Below the pieces are notes generated by a model. It saw only the letters and a program-made list of their open reading frames with translations. It was not told where the DNA came from and searched no databases. A program made the position numbers and the translations under genes. A stretch of DNA of 64,000 nucleotides from Deltaproteobacteria bacterium (GTDB taxonomy: Bacteria > Myxococcota_A > Polyangia > Fen-1088): NCBI GenBank assembly GCA_033763315.1, contig JANRKS010000026.1, forward strand, positions 64,001 through 128,000. The letters run 5' to 3'. Positions within the stretch are counted from its first letter, which is position 1. Every line of letters begins with the position of its first letter. Below are positions 37,682-47,183 of the stretch, in pieces.

Positions 37682-38307
37682 GCAACGCAATCCGCGTGAT
37701 GATCGTTGACGATCATGGCATCGTTCGCGAAGGGCTGGCCGCCGTCATAAAGACAGATCCGGAACTGAGCCTCGTGGCGTCCCTGGAGACCGGGCAGGAG
37801 GCTTTAGACCAATACGATCAATACGCCCCCGACGTGGTGCTGTTGGATTTACGCATGCCCACCATGGATGGCCTCACAACGTTAGAGCGCCTCAAACGCC
37901 GGCACCCGAGCGCGCGCGTGCTGATGCTGTCGAGCCACGCCGGCGACGACGCTATAGCCAAAGCGCTCGCTGGGGGCGCGCTTGGGTACGTGCTCAAGAC
38001 GATGTCTGTCACAGACATTCTTGCATCCATTCACGCCGCCAAACGCGGACGCGTGGCCCCGCACCCCACCGTGGCGGGGCAGTTGGCGCAGCGGGTGTTT
38101 TTCGAGCAGCTCAGTGACCGCGAGGTGGAAGTGTTGCATCGCGTGGCGCAAGGCGAAAGCAACAAAGAGATCGCGCACAACCTCGGCATCAGCGAGAGCA
38201 CGGTCAAGAATCACATCAACCACATCATGTCGAAGCTCAGCGCTTCGGATCGCACCCAGGCAGTCACGATCGCCGTTCAACGCGGCATCATCGATTTGGG
38301 CGGCTAA
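37678..38307 (+). CDS. NarL/LuxR-family response regulator
   Basis: IVDDH, DLRMP, GYVLK and LSDREVEVL..SNKEIA..TVKNH. ATGA overlap with the kinase. Confidence 0.96.
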   Translation: MSNAIRVMIVDDHGIVREGLAAVIKTDPELSLVASLETGQEALDQYDQYAPDVVLLDLRMPTMDGLTTLERLKRRHPSARVLMLSSHAGDDAIAKALAGGALGYVLKTMSVTDILASIHAAKRGRVAPHPTVAGQLAQRVFFEQLSDREVEVLHRVAQGESNKEIAHNLGISESTVKNHINHIMSKLSASDRTQAVTIAVQRGIIDLGG

Positions 38308-38603
38308 CGCGTCAGGCGTTCCACCACGGTCATTAACTCGTCGATGGACGCGCGCCCGTCGCCGCCTTCTATCGCATGTGCCACGCACCCCTGGGTGTGG
38401 TTGCGCAGCAGTTCTATTGACACGGAGCTCAAGGCGGAACGCACGGCCGCAATCTGCGTCAAAATGTCGATGCAGTAGCGATCTTCCTGCACCATGGCGG
38501 CCACGCCACGCACTTGCCCTTCGATGCGCGCCAAGCGCTTTTGCAAGGCGGCTTTGTCGGGTTGGTGAACGTGGGCGGCGCTGTGCTTCGCTTTACCCGA
38601 CAT
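38304..38603 (-). CDS. csoR: CsoR-family copper-sensing repressor
   Basis: RLARIEGQVRGV, YCIDILTQ and NHTQGCV (Cys-His-Cys ligands). Lies in the copA operon. Confidence 0.9.
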   Translation of the reverse strand: MSGKAKHSAAHVHQPDKAALQKRLARIEGQVRGVAAMVQEDRYCIDILTQIAAVRSALSSVSIELLRNHTQGCVAHAIEGGDGRASIDELMTVVERLTR

Positions 38604-38799
38604 CGTAACCCGCGTCTTCAACGACGGACTTCAGACCGCTGTCATCCGTTTGGCTTTCATCAAACGTCACCTGCGCCTGCCCTGGTTGCAACGTCACCTG
38701 TACGTCTTGCACTCCCGGGACCGCCTTGAGGGCACGCGTGACCGCAGACACGCAGCCTCCACACGTCATGCCTTGTATCGCTATCGTTGTTGTTTTCAT
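38593..38799 (-). CDS. copZ: copper chaperone CopZ (HMA domain)
   Basis: GMTCGGC motif in a 68-aa protein ending EDAGYDV. Confidence 0.93.
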   Translation of the reverse strand: MKTTTIAIQGMTCGGCVSAVTRALKAVPGVQDVQVTLQPGQAQVTFDESQTDDSGLKSVVEDAGYDVG

Positions 38800-38814
38800 G
38801 ATCCTCTCCTTTGC

Positions 38815-40995
38815 TTAGTGAGCGACGCTGCGAAAGCGGCGCAACAAGAGTGCATTGCTGACCACCGACACCGAGCTGGCCGCCATGGCTGCGCCCGCGA
38901 TCACGGGGCTCAGCACCCCGAACGCCGCAAGCGGGATGCCAACCACGTTGTAGAAAAACGCGAAGAACAGATTCTGGTGAACCTTTGCCAAGGTTTTGCG
39001 CGCCAACGCGAGGGCGTCGATGGCGGCCAAGGGATCTGATCGCATCAAAGTTATATCAGCTGTTTCAATCGCCACATCGGCGCCTGCGCCCATCGCGATA
39101 CCCACGTCGGCAACCGCCAACGCAGGCGCATCGTTGATGCCATCACCCAACATCGCAACACCGCCTTTGCCTTGGCGCGCCGCCTTGACGGCCGCGGCCT
39201 TGTCTTGCGGCAACACCCCTGCCTGCCACGTGGCAATGCCCACTTCGGTGGCCAAGGCACGCGCTGTGGCTTCATTGTCGCCCGTCAGCAGCACCACGTG
39301 CAGGCGCGCCGCGTGGGCGTCCTTTACGAAGCGATGGGCTGTGCCGCGCAGTTTGTCCGCAAGTCCCAGATACCCCAGCACCACTTGGCCTTTGGCAACC
39401 ACAACCACGGTGCGCGCTTGTAGTGCCAGCTTGTTCACAACATGGTTGTCCAAAGCCAAGCCTTCCGTTTGTGCAAACGACACGGAGCCAAGGCTGTGGA
39501 TGTCACCATCGATCTCCCCGCGCACCCCGTGGCCCGGCAGCGCGACGAAGTTTTGTACGAGCGGCTGCGCCAAGTGGCGTTGTGCCGCGGCGTCCACCAC
39601 GGCTTTGGCCAACGGATGCTCTGAACCCGCTTCAAGCGCAGCGGCCACGGTGAGCAAACTGGCTTCATCGCCCACCACGGGTATCACGTCGACCACCACG
39701 GGACGGCCTTCGGTCAGAGTGCCGGTTTTGTCCACCATTAACGTCGTCACTTTCGCCGCACGCTCCAAAGCATCGGCGCTGCGAATCAACACGCCTAAAC
39801 TCGCACCACGCCCCATGGCCACTGTGATGGCGGTGGGCGTGGCCAAACCCAAGGCGCACGGACACGCAATCACCAGCACCGCCACTGCGTTCTGCAGCGC
39901 TTGGCCGACGTTGCCTTGCCACCACCACAAGCCAAACGTCAGCGCCGCGATGACCAGGACCACAGGCACGAACACCCCCGATACCCGATCGGCCAGCTTT
40001 TGGATGGCGGGCTTGGAGCCCTGTGCCTGCGCCACCAACCGGATGATGCCGCCCAAGACGGTGTTGTCGGCCGTGCCGGTCACACGGCAAACCAATCGAC
40101 CGTTCGCGTTCATCGTGGCCGCGAACACTTTGCTGCCCGGCGTTTTGCCCACCGGGGCGCTTTCTCCCGTGAGCATGGCTTCGTTGACGTTCGACTGCCC
40201 TTCCTCCACCACGCCGTCCGCCGCCACAATTTCGCCCGGGCGCACCTCGAACAAGTCACCCACGCGCACGGCCTCGGCGGCCACCATCTGCCACTGCCCT
40301 TCGCGCAACACGCGCGCCTGCGGAGGCCGCAATTTCACCAATGCAGCCAGCGCCGCCGATGTGCGGATTTTGGCGCGATCCTCAAGCAGCTTGCCCAACA
40401 CAACCAAGGTGATGATGCTGGCCGATGACTCGAAGTAAAGGTGCTCGTTCCGCTGCAGCAGCACCACAGCAGCACTTGAGAAGAACGCGGCGCTGGTGCC
40501 TAACGCCACCAACACATCCATGTTCGCCGCGCCGCCGCGCAAGGCATGATAGGCGCCTCTATAAAAGCGCGCGCCCACCACGAATTGCACCGGTGTGGCC
40601 AGCGCTAATTGCGCCAGCGGCGACAACATCAACGCGTGCAGGTGGAAGAACATGACCCCCATTTGCGCGAGCAAGGGGATCGTGAGCAACACCGACACCA
40701 CGAGCAACCGCAGCGACCACAAAGACCGTTTCGCACGCTTGGCGTCCTCCTCGGCGGGGGACGTACTTTGGCTCAAGTGCGCGCTGTATCCGGCTTTCGC
40801 AACGGACGCGACGAGATCATCGACCGAAGACGTTGCCGGCGAGAACGTCACCTGGGCGCGCTCGGTGGCAAAGTTCACCACAGCTTGCACGCCCGGCCGC
40901 CGGTTCAAAACCTTCTCGATGCGCGCCGCGCACGCGGCACACGTCATGCCTTGCAGCGAAAGCTCAACGTGCTGCCGTGAGGGCGCGGTGTCCAC
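38815..40995 (-). CDS. copA: Cu(I)-translocating P1B-type ATPase
   Basis: GMTCAAC, TGES, CPCALGLATP, DKTGTLT, SEHPLA, GDGINDAPAL, FFYN and MAASS. Confidence 0.95.
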   Translation of the reverse strand: MDTAPSRQHVELSLQGMTCAACAARIEKVLNRRPGVQAVVNFATERAQVTFSPATSSVDDLVASVAKAGYSAHLSQSTSPAEEDAKRAKRSLWSLRLLVVSVLLTIPLLAQMGVMFFHLHALMLSPLAQLALATPVQFVVGARFYRGAYHALRGGAANMDVLVALGTSAAFFSSAAVVLLQRNEHLYFESSASIITLVVLGKLLEDRAKIRTSAALAALVKLRPPQARVLREGQWQMVAAEAVRVGDLFEVRPGEIVAADGVVEEGQSNVNEAMLTGESAPVGKTPGSKVFAATMNANGRLVCRVTGTADNTVLGGIIRLVAQAQGSKPAIQKLADRVSGVFVPVVLVIAALTFGLWWWQGNVGQALQNAVAVLVIACPCALGLATPTAITVAMGRGASLGVLIRSADALERAAKVTTLMVDKTGTLTEGRPVVVDVIPVVGDEASLLTVAAALEAGSEHPLAKAVVDAAAQRHLAQPLVQNFVALPGHGVRGEIDGDIHSLGSVSFAQTEGLALDNHVVNKLALQARTVVVVAKGQVVLGYLGLADKLRGTAHRFVKDAHAARLHVVLLTGDNEATARALATEVGIATWQAGVLPQDKAAAVKAARQGKGGVAMLGDGINDAPALAVADVGIAMGAGADVAIETADITLMRSDPLAAIDALALARKTLAKVHQNLFFAFFYNVVGIPLAAFGVLSPVIAGAAMAASSVSVVSNALLLRRFRSVAH

Positions 40996-41002
40996 TCCCC
41001 CC

Positions 41003-41031
41003 TATATACCCCCCATGGGTATGTGGCGCAA
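41003..41031 (-). promoter_or_regulatory. copA promoter with CsoR operator
   Basis: Minus strand TTGCGC-17 bp-TATATA. The spacer contains ATACCCATGGGGGGTAT (41006-41022), matching the TACCC...GGGGGTA CsoR box. Confidence 0.8.
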
Positions 41032-41068
41032 GCCCGGCGCTCAGCGCTTCGATTCGCGTAACCGGCCG

Positions 41069-42052
41069 CTACTGGCTTTGCATCTGTGCGGGCACCACCT
41101 GCGGTCCCATCATGTCGCGGCTCAAGACACCACAGATGTCGCCGCTTTCGTCGATCACGTGCGTCAGCAACTCGTGGATGCCATGACGTAAGCCTGGGCT
41201 GCGCCGTTCATCCAACCAACGGTTCAATTGGTCGATCTGCTTGTAGGCCGCAAAGCCCGGGCTGCCTTGTTCCTTCACCGCGCCTGGGAAAAGCTCGGTC
41301 ACCAAACCGCGCGCCACCTTTGTGCAGTAGCGAATCGATCGCGGGAACGAAGCCTCGAATAACAAGAAGTCAAGCACGCCACTGCGGCTCACTTGCCCGC
41401 GGCAGCGGCGCATAAACGCTTCGTAGCCGGAGCATGCGCGCAGCAACGCCAACCACAAATTCAGATCCACAATCTTGTGCGGATTTTCGCCCGACAGGGT
41501 GTGGTGGTGCATATCAAGGATGCGCGCCGTTTGCGCCGCACGCTCGAGCATCGTGCCCAGCCACAAGAACGCCAGCGGCGGCTCACGCAACATTGTGCTG
41601 CGGGCCAGGCCCAAACACAGCTGCCCCGCGCGGCGCACGCGGCGGTAAAACTCGTCGCGGTTGCGTTCATACTCTGAACGCGCCTCGGGTTGCGACATCC
41701 ACAAGTAAAGTTCGTTGATCTCTTCCCACACCTCGCCGCTAATCACATCGCGCACTGTGCGCGCCGACTCGCGTGCGGCGCGGATGGTTGACCACAAGCT
41801 CACGTGGTTGTCGTGATCCCACGTGGTGTATTCCTGCACCACGCTGGCGTCGCCCGCCTGCTCTGCAGAAAACCGCTTCAAAAAAGCGGGATATTCCCCC
41901 GAAACGATCACCACCGGCTGCCAGCACTGCGCCACCGAGATCTCGGCGTCGAACGAAAGGGCACGCGTCACCTGCAACAAGCGCGCGGTGCTCTCCGCGC
42001 GTTCCACATAACGGCCAAACCAAAAGCAGTTGTCAGCTACACGGGCGATCAT
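41069..42052 (-). CDS. alpha-E domain protein (DUF403)
   Basis: MIARVADNCFWFGRYVERAE, ARESAR..R..IS.EVWE, LGTMLERAAQTARIL and FPRSI. Confidence 0.92.
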   Translation of the reverse strand: MIARVADNCFWFGRYVERAESTARLLQVTRALSFDAEISVAQCWQPVVIVSGEYPAFLKRFSAEQAGDASVVQEYTTWDHDNHVSLWSTIRAARESARTVRDVISGEVWEEINELYLWMSQPEARSEYERNRDEFYRRVRRAGQLCLGLARSTMLREPPLAFLWLGTMLERAAQTARILDMHHHTLSGENPHKIVDLNLWLALLRACSGYEAFMRRCRGQVSRSGVLDFLLFEASFPRSIRYCTKVARGLVTELFPGAVKEQGSPGFAAYKQIDQLNRWLDERRSPGLRHGIHELLTHVIDESGDICGVLSRDMMGPQVVPAQMQSQ

Positions 42053-43572
42053 TTGCTTTCCTTTTGCACCCAGGTGTCTTTCGAACCGCCACCTTGGCTT
42101 GAATTCACAACATACGAACCTTCACGCAACGCCACCCGCGTTAGCCCGCCCGGCAACACCCACGATTCGAACCCCAGCCCGCCCTGCACCGCACCCGTTA
42201 AGATAAACGGCCGCAAATCAACCCGACGCGCGCCCAAGCTGTTTTGCTCGGGATCCCACGTGGGGCACGTGGAAAGTTCGATGCGATGCTGGGCGATGTA
42301 CTTGCGCGGTTCAGCCAGGATGCGGCGGCGGAATTCCTCGCGCTCGGTGCGCGTGGATTGTGGCCCCATCAACATGCCATAGCCGCCCGCCTCGTCCACC
42401 GCCTTGACCACCAAGTCGCCCAGGTGATCGAGCACATAACGCCGATCGTCTTCCAAGATGCACTTATAGGTGTGCACCTGCGCCAACTTTGATTCTTCGC
42501 CGAGGTAGAACCTGATCATGTCAGGCACGTAGGGATAAATGGCTTTGTCGTCCGCCACGCCATTGCCCGGCGCGTTCACCAGCGCCACGTTGCCTTTGAT
42601 GTAAGCCTTCATCAACCCTTTGACGCCCAACATGCTGTCGGGGCGGAAGAACAACGGATCCAAGAAGGCGTCGTCAGTGCGGCGGTAGATCACGTGAATG
42701 CGCTGAGGGCCATAGGTGGTTCGCACGTAAACCTTCTCGTTGTCCACGAACAGGTCACTGGCTTCCACCAACTCGACGCCCATCATGCGCGACAAGAACG
42801 TGTGTTCGAAGTACGCGGAGTTATAGGGGCCCGGCGTTAACAGCACAGCCGACGGGTCCGTGGCCACGGGCGACACCGAATTAAGCGTGCGGGCGAGCTG
42901 CATCGGGTATTCATCGATTTGGCGCACGCCCAAACGTTCAAGCGAATGTTGAAACACACGCTTGGTGACCACGCGGTTCTCAAGCACATACGAAACGCCC
43001 GACGGCGTGCGTAGGTTGTCTTCAAGCACGCGAAATGTGCCTTCAGGATCGCGAATCAGATCGACGCCGGCGATGTGGATGCGCACGCCCTTGGGCGGCA
43101 CCACGCCACACAGCTGTGGCACAAAACTCTTCGCCCCCAACACCATGTCTTTGGGCACCACACCCGCTTTGAGAATGCGCTGTTCGCCGTAGACGTCGGC
43201 CAAAAACAGTTCCAGCGCGGCCATGCGCTGCTTCAGCCCTTCCTCAACGCGTTCCCATTCGGTGCCAGAGACAACCCGGGGAACGATGCAGAAAGGAAAG
43301 ATCTTCTCGGTGCCGCGGTTGTCTGAGTAGACCGAAAACGTTACGCCCTGGTTGATCAGCGACAGCTCCGCGAGATCTTGCCGCTGCCGAAACGCTTCAG
43401 GCGTAAGCTCACCAATCAGTTTCACAGCCACATCAGCGTGCGGATGCGGCTGACCATGTAAATCCACCAACTCGTCGTAAGCGTTGGCGAGCGGCTTATA
43501 ATGCGCCAAGAGAGAGTCGGGTCGCAGGTCCATGGACGCAAGTCTAGGTTTCTCCGCTTTCGAATTCACCAA
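42049..43572 (-). CDS. circularly permuted type 2 ATP-grasp protein (DUF404/407)
   Basis: GVTFSVY, VLEDNLRTPSGVSYVLENR, LLTPGPYNSAYFEH, NAPGNGVADDK and GGLTRVAL..VVNSSQGGGSKDTWV. Confidence 0.94.
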   Translation of the reverse strand: MVNSKAEKPRLASMDLRPDSLLAHYKPLANAYDELVDLHGQPHPHADVAVKLIGELTPEAFRQRQDLAELSLINQGVTFSVYSDNRGTEKIFPFCIVPRVVSGTEWERVEEGLKQRMAALELFLADVYGEQRILKAGVVPKDMVLGAKSFVPQLCGVVPPKGVRIHIAGVDLIRDPEGTFRVLEDNLRTPSGVSYVLENRVVTKRVFQHSLERLGVRQIDEYPMQLARTLNSVSPVATDPSAVLLTPGPYNSAYFEHTFLSRMMGVELVEASDLFVDNEKVYVRTTYGPQRIHVIYRRTDDAFLDPLFFRPDSMLGVKGLMKAYIKGNVALVNAPGNGVADDKAIYPYVPDMIRFYLGEESKLAQVHTYKCILEDDRRYVLDHLGDLVVKAVDEAGGYGMLMGPQSTRTEREEFRRRILAEPRKYIAQHRIELSTCPTWDPEQNSLGARRVDLRPFILTGAVQGGLGFESWVLPGGLTRVALREGSYVVNSSQGGGSKDTWVQKESK

Positions 43573-43749
43573 TATAATCGGACATTTACTAACAATAAAC
43601 GCTTAAGAAACCTGGCGGTTACGTTCGCCCCTTATTCTGGTATGACCTCGGCCCAGGCTTGCAGCCTGTTTTTTGCGAGAGTTGTCCTGCCGTCGCTGCA
43701 TGACATCAGGATCCCAAGCGACCATGAACAACCAAGCTAACTGCGCCGA

Positions 43750-46296
43750 ATGAGCCAAACTCCCTCCCCTTCCGCCGCTCCCGAACCGGTCCTTGACCGT
43801 TACGAGGGCGCGCCCGACGCGTACGACGAACTGCGTACGCGAGACGGGGGCGTCAGGGAAGCTTGGCGCCCCTTGGTGGATCGCATCGAGCAGATGGGCG
43901 GCCCGGCGCTCTCCCAACGCTGGAGCCAGGCGCGGCGCATGATCCGCGAAAACGGCATCAGCTTTATCCTTTATGGCGACGAACGCGCCCAAGATCGGCC
44001 GTGGAACCTTTCGCCCCTGCCCGCGGTGTTCGGCCCCAAGGACTGGGCGCCCCTGGCCGAAGGGCTGCGCCAACGCGCCACTTTGCTCGAAATGGTGTTG
44101 GCCGATCTGCACGGCCCGCAAAACCTTTTGGCTGAAGGCGTGGTGCCCGCCGCTTTGGTGTTTGGCAGCCCGTATTACCTGCGCCCATGTCAAGGATTGG
44201 CGCCGCCTCGCGGGCGGTGGTTGCCGTTTTACGCCGCCGACGTGGGCCGCAGCCCCGACGGCGACTTTCAAGTGCTCTCCGACCGCACGCAAACGCCCTC
44301 GGGCGCCGGCTACGCGCTTGAGAACCGTATCATCATCAGCCGCGCGTTGCCCGAAGTGTTCCGCGATTGCCGCGTCCAGAGGCTGGCGCAGTTCTTCAAC
44401 ACGTTCCGCGAAACGCTGTTGGCCTTGGCGCCGCGGCCACACGATCAACCGCGCGTCGTTCTGTTGTCGCCCGGCCCTCACGATCCCACGTACTTCGAGC
44501 ACGCCTATTTGGCGCGCTATCTGGGCTTCACGTTGGTGGAAAGCGGCGATCTCACCGTGCGCGACGCGCGCGTGTTCTTGAAAATGTTGGGCGGTCTTCA
44601 GCGCGTCGACGTGATCGTGCGACGCGTGCCTGATTTCATGTGCGATCCGCTTGAGTTGCGTTCGGATTCATCGAACGGCATACCGGGATTGTTGCAAGCG
44701 GTGCGCGACGGCAACGTCGCCATTGCCAACCCCTTGGGCTCGGGGCTCATTCACACACCCGCGCTGCTGCCGTTTCTAAACGCCGCTTGTCGCCGCCTGT
44801 TGGGCGAAGATCTGCTGCTGCCTTCGGTGCAAACGTATTGGTGTGGCCAAGCAAAATCGCGTGCGTACGTGCTTGAGAACCTCACCACCTTGGTGATCAA
44901 GCCTGCGTTTGCGCAGGGGCCATCGGTGCCCACGTTTGGCGCCACGTTGTCACGCGCGCAAGCGGAAGAGTTGGCGGCGCGAATCACGGCGCAACCGCAA
45001 AACTACATCGCTCAAGAGCCATTGCTGTTGTCGACCACGCCGGAACTCTTGGCCGATGGACCACAACCACGCCACAGCGTGCTGCGTGCGTTCTTGACGG
45101 CGTCGATGGACAAGTTCGATGTGATGCCGGGGGGTTTGACCCGCGTGGGCCCGCGCCCCGACGCGCTCGAAGTCTCCTTGCGGGCCGGCGGTGGCAGCAA
45201 AGACACGTGGGTGTTAAGCGAAGGGCCGGTCAAAGGCTTCACGTTGTTGCCGCAGCCGAGTGACAACTCACCGTTGTCTCGGGGTGGCGCCGATCTGCCA
45301 AGCCGCGTGGCCGACAATTTGTTTTGGCTCGCGCGCTACGCAGAACGAGCCGAAGGGATTGCACGTTTGTGTCGCGTGATCGCGAGCCGCCGTATGGAGC
45401 TCATCAGCGAGGACGTGGACGATGAAGCGCTCACGCGCTTGCTGGGCGTGCTTTCAGAAAGCGTGGGCGTCACTTTTGATAAGGCGCTGACGCTTGATCA
45501 AGCCGTGGCGCACTCTGTGTGGTCCACCGAATGGATCGGCTCACTTCGCAACGTGGTTGGCACCACCACGCATTTGGCGCGCATGGTGCGGGATCGTCTT
45601 TCCACGGATACGTTCCGCATCTTGTTGGCCCTTGAAGACGAGCTGCAAACGCCCACCGACTTCGAGAAGCCCGATCTGGGCCGCGTTGTGCACGCGATGG
45701 ATCGAATGGTGCTGATTTTGGCCGCTTTTGCAGGGCTCGCGATGGATGGCATGACACGCGGCCATGCGTGGCGGTTCTTGGATGTGGGCCGGCGCCTTGA
45801 GCGCGCCACCACCACAACCACGTTGCTGGCCAAAACCACCACCAAAGCCGCCGAACGCGACGATCGATTGTTAGAGGCCACGCTGGAAGTCGCAGACAGC
45901 GGCATCACTTACCGGCGGCGCTATCCGTTGCGCATGGAAGTGGCACCCGCGGTGGATCTGTTGCTCACCGATGAAACCAACCCGCGTTCGGTGGCGTTTC
46001 AGTTGCATCACCTCAACGAACAAATGAGCGCGCTGCCGGAACAGACCGAAGGCGCACAGCGTTCGGCGCAACAGAAGTTGGCGTTGGCCAGCCTGACCGC
46101 TTTGCGATTGGCGGAAGTGCCCACGTTGTGTTCCACCACCGTGGCTGGTGAACGGCCCGCGCTCAGCTTACTGCTTGAACGCTTGCTGCGCGATCTGCCG
46201 GCCCTTTCCGACGCGCTCAGTGGCCAATACCTGAGCCACTCAGCGGTGTCGCGGCAATTGGCCTCGGATCCCAACGCCTTTGATCGTCCTTTGTGA
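43750..46296 (+). CDS. fused circularly permuted ATP-grasp + alpha-E protein
   Basis: DRTQTPSGAGYALENR, TYFEHAYLARYLG and MPGGLTRV..GGGSKDTWV, then LPSRVADNLFWLARYAERAE...GRRLERA...NPRSVAFQ. Confidence 0.93.
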   Translation: MSQTPSPSAAPEPVLDRYEGAPDAYDELRTRDGGVREAWRPLVDRIEQMGGPALSQRWSQARRMIRENGISFILYGDERAQDRPWNLSPLPAVFGPKDWAPLAEGLRQRATLLEMVLADLHGPQNLLAEGVVPAALVFGSPYYLRPCQGLAPPRGRWLPFYAADVGRSPDGDFQVLSDRTQTPSGAGYALENRIIISRALPEVFRDCRVQRLAQFFNTFRETLLALAPRPHDQPRVVLLSPGPHDPTYFEHAYLARYLGFTLVESGDLTVRDARVFLKMLGGLQRVDVIVRRVPDFMCDPLELRSDSSNGIPGLLQAVRDGNVAIANPLGSGLIHTPALLPFLNAACRRLLGEDLLLPSVQTYWCGQAKSRAYVLENLTTLVIKPAFAQGPSVPTFGATLSRAQAEELAARITAQPQNYIAQEPLLLSTTPELLADGPQPRHSVLRAFLTASMDKFDVMPGGLTRVGPRPDALEVSLRAGGGSKDTWVLSEGPVKGFTLLPQPSDNSPLSRGGADLPSRVADNLFWLARYAERAEGIARLCRVIASRRMELISEDVDDEALTRLLGVLSESVGVTFDKALTLDQAVAHSVWSTEWIGSLRNVVGTTTHLARMVRDRLSTDTFRILLALEDELQTPTDFEKPDLGRVVHAMDRMVLILAAFAGLAMDGMTRGHAWRFLDVGRRLERATTTTTLLAKTTTKAAERDDRLLEATLEVADSGITYRRRYPLRMEVAPAVDLLLTDETNPRSVAFQLHHLNEQMSALPEQTEGAQRSAQQKLALASLTALRLAEVPTLCSTTVAGERPALSLLLERLLRDLPALSDALSGQYLSHSAVSRQLASDPNAFDRPL

Positions 46297-46302
46297 GCCA
46301 CC

Positions 46303-47178
46303 GTGAAACTGCGCATCGTCCACCAAACCGAATACCTGTACACGGAGCCCGTGAGCGTTTCGCATCACATGGCTCACCTTGTGCCCAGGAACAGCGGATC
46401 ACAGACGTGCCTGACCAGGGAATTGACCATATCCCCCGAGCCGGCCATCCGGCGTGAACGAGTGGATTCCTTCGGCAACCGCTGCGTTTACTTTTCGATT
46501 CAAGAGCCGCACAGCCGCCTCGTGGTGCTGTCAAAAGCTTTGGTGGATGTCCTCCCCGCGGAGCAAAGCCTGCCGTTCTCGGGTCAAGCGTGGAACGTGG
46601 TTCGCCAGCGTTTGGCCACCGAGCACAGGCCCGACATCTTGTCTGCTTATGGCTTCGTGTTCCCGTCGCCTTATGCGGTGCACGCGCCGGGCTTGGCCGA
46701 ATACGCCCGGCCTTCGTTCGCGGAAGGCCGCCCGTTGCTCGAGACGGTTGCCGATCTCACAAAACGCATCTATCAAGATTTCAAATACGATCCGACGTCC
46801 ACCACGGTGTCCACGCCCGTGGGCGAAGTGCTGCGTTTACGTCGTGGCGTGTGCCAAGACTTCGCGCACTTACAAATCGCGTGTTTGCGAACGCATGGCT
46901 TGGCCGCACGTTACGTGAGCGGGTATCTGTTGACCAAGCCACCACCGGGGCAAGCGCGCCTGGTGGGCGCCGACGCTTCGCACGCATGGCTCTCGGTGTT
47001 TGTGCCTGAGTTTGGTTGGGTGGATTTTGATCCCACCAATAACGTTGTGCCCGGAGAAGAGCACGTGCAGGTGGCCGTGGGCCGCGACTTCGGCGATGTG
47101 GCGCCCGTGCGCGGCGTGATCTTGGGCGGCGGCCAGCACCGCGTGATCGTGTCGGTCGACGTCGAGCCGCTGACCTGA
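46303..47178 (+). CDS. transglutaminase-like protein with Bact_transglu_N domain
   Basis: IVHQTEYLY, DSFGN, GVCQDFAH, ARYVSGY, SHAW, FDPTN and GRDFGDV. The Cys-His-Asp triad is intact. Confidence 0.94.
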   Translation: MKLRIVHQTEYLYTEPVSVSHHMAHLVPRNSGSQTCLTRELTISPEPAIRRERVDSFGNRCVYFSIQEPHSRLVVLSKALVDVLPAEQSLPFSGQAWNVVRQRLATEHRPDILSAYGFVFPSPYAVHAPGLAEYARPSFAEGRPLLETVADLTKRIYQDFKYDPTSTTVSTPVGEVLRLRRGVCQDFAHLQIACLRTHGLAARYVSGYLLTKPPPGQARLVGADASHAWLSVFVPEFGWVDFDPTNNVVPGEEHVQVAVGRDFGDVAPVRGVILGGGQHRVIVSVDVEPLT

Positions 47179-47183
47179 TGGCT

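Noticed and set aside
43630-43665. sigma54 promoter for the ATP-grasp divergon
   Set aside because: GGCCCAGGCTTGC has 9-nt rather than 10-nt spacing, and the alternative register matches the consensus poorly.
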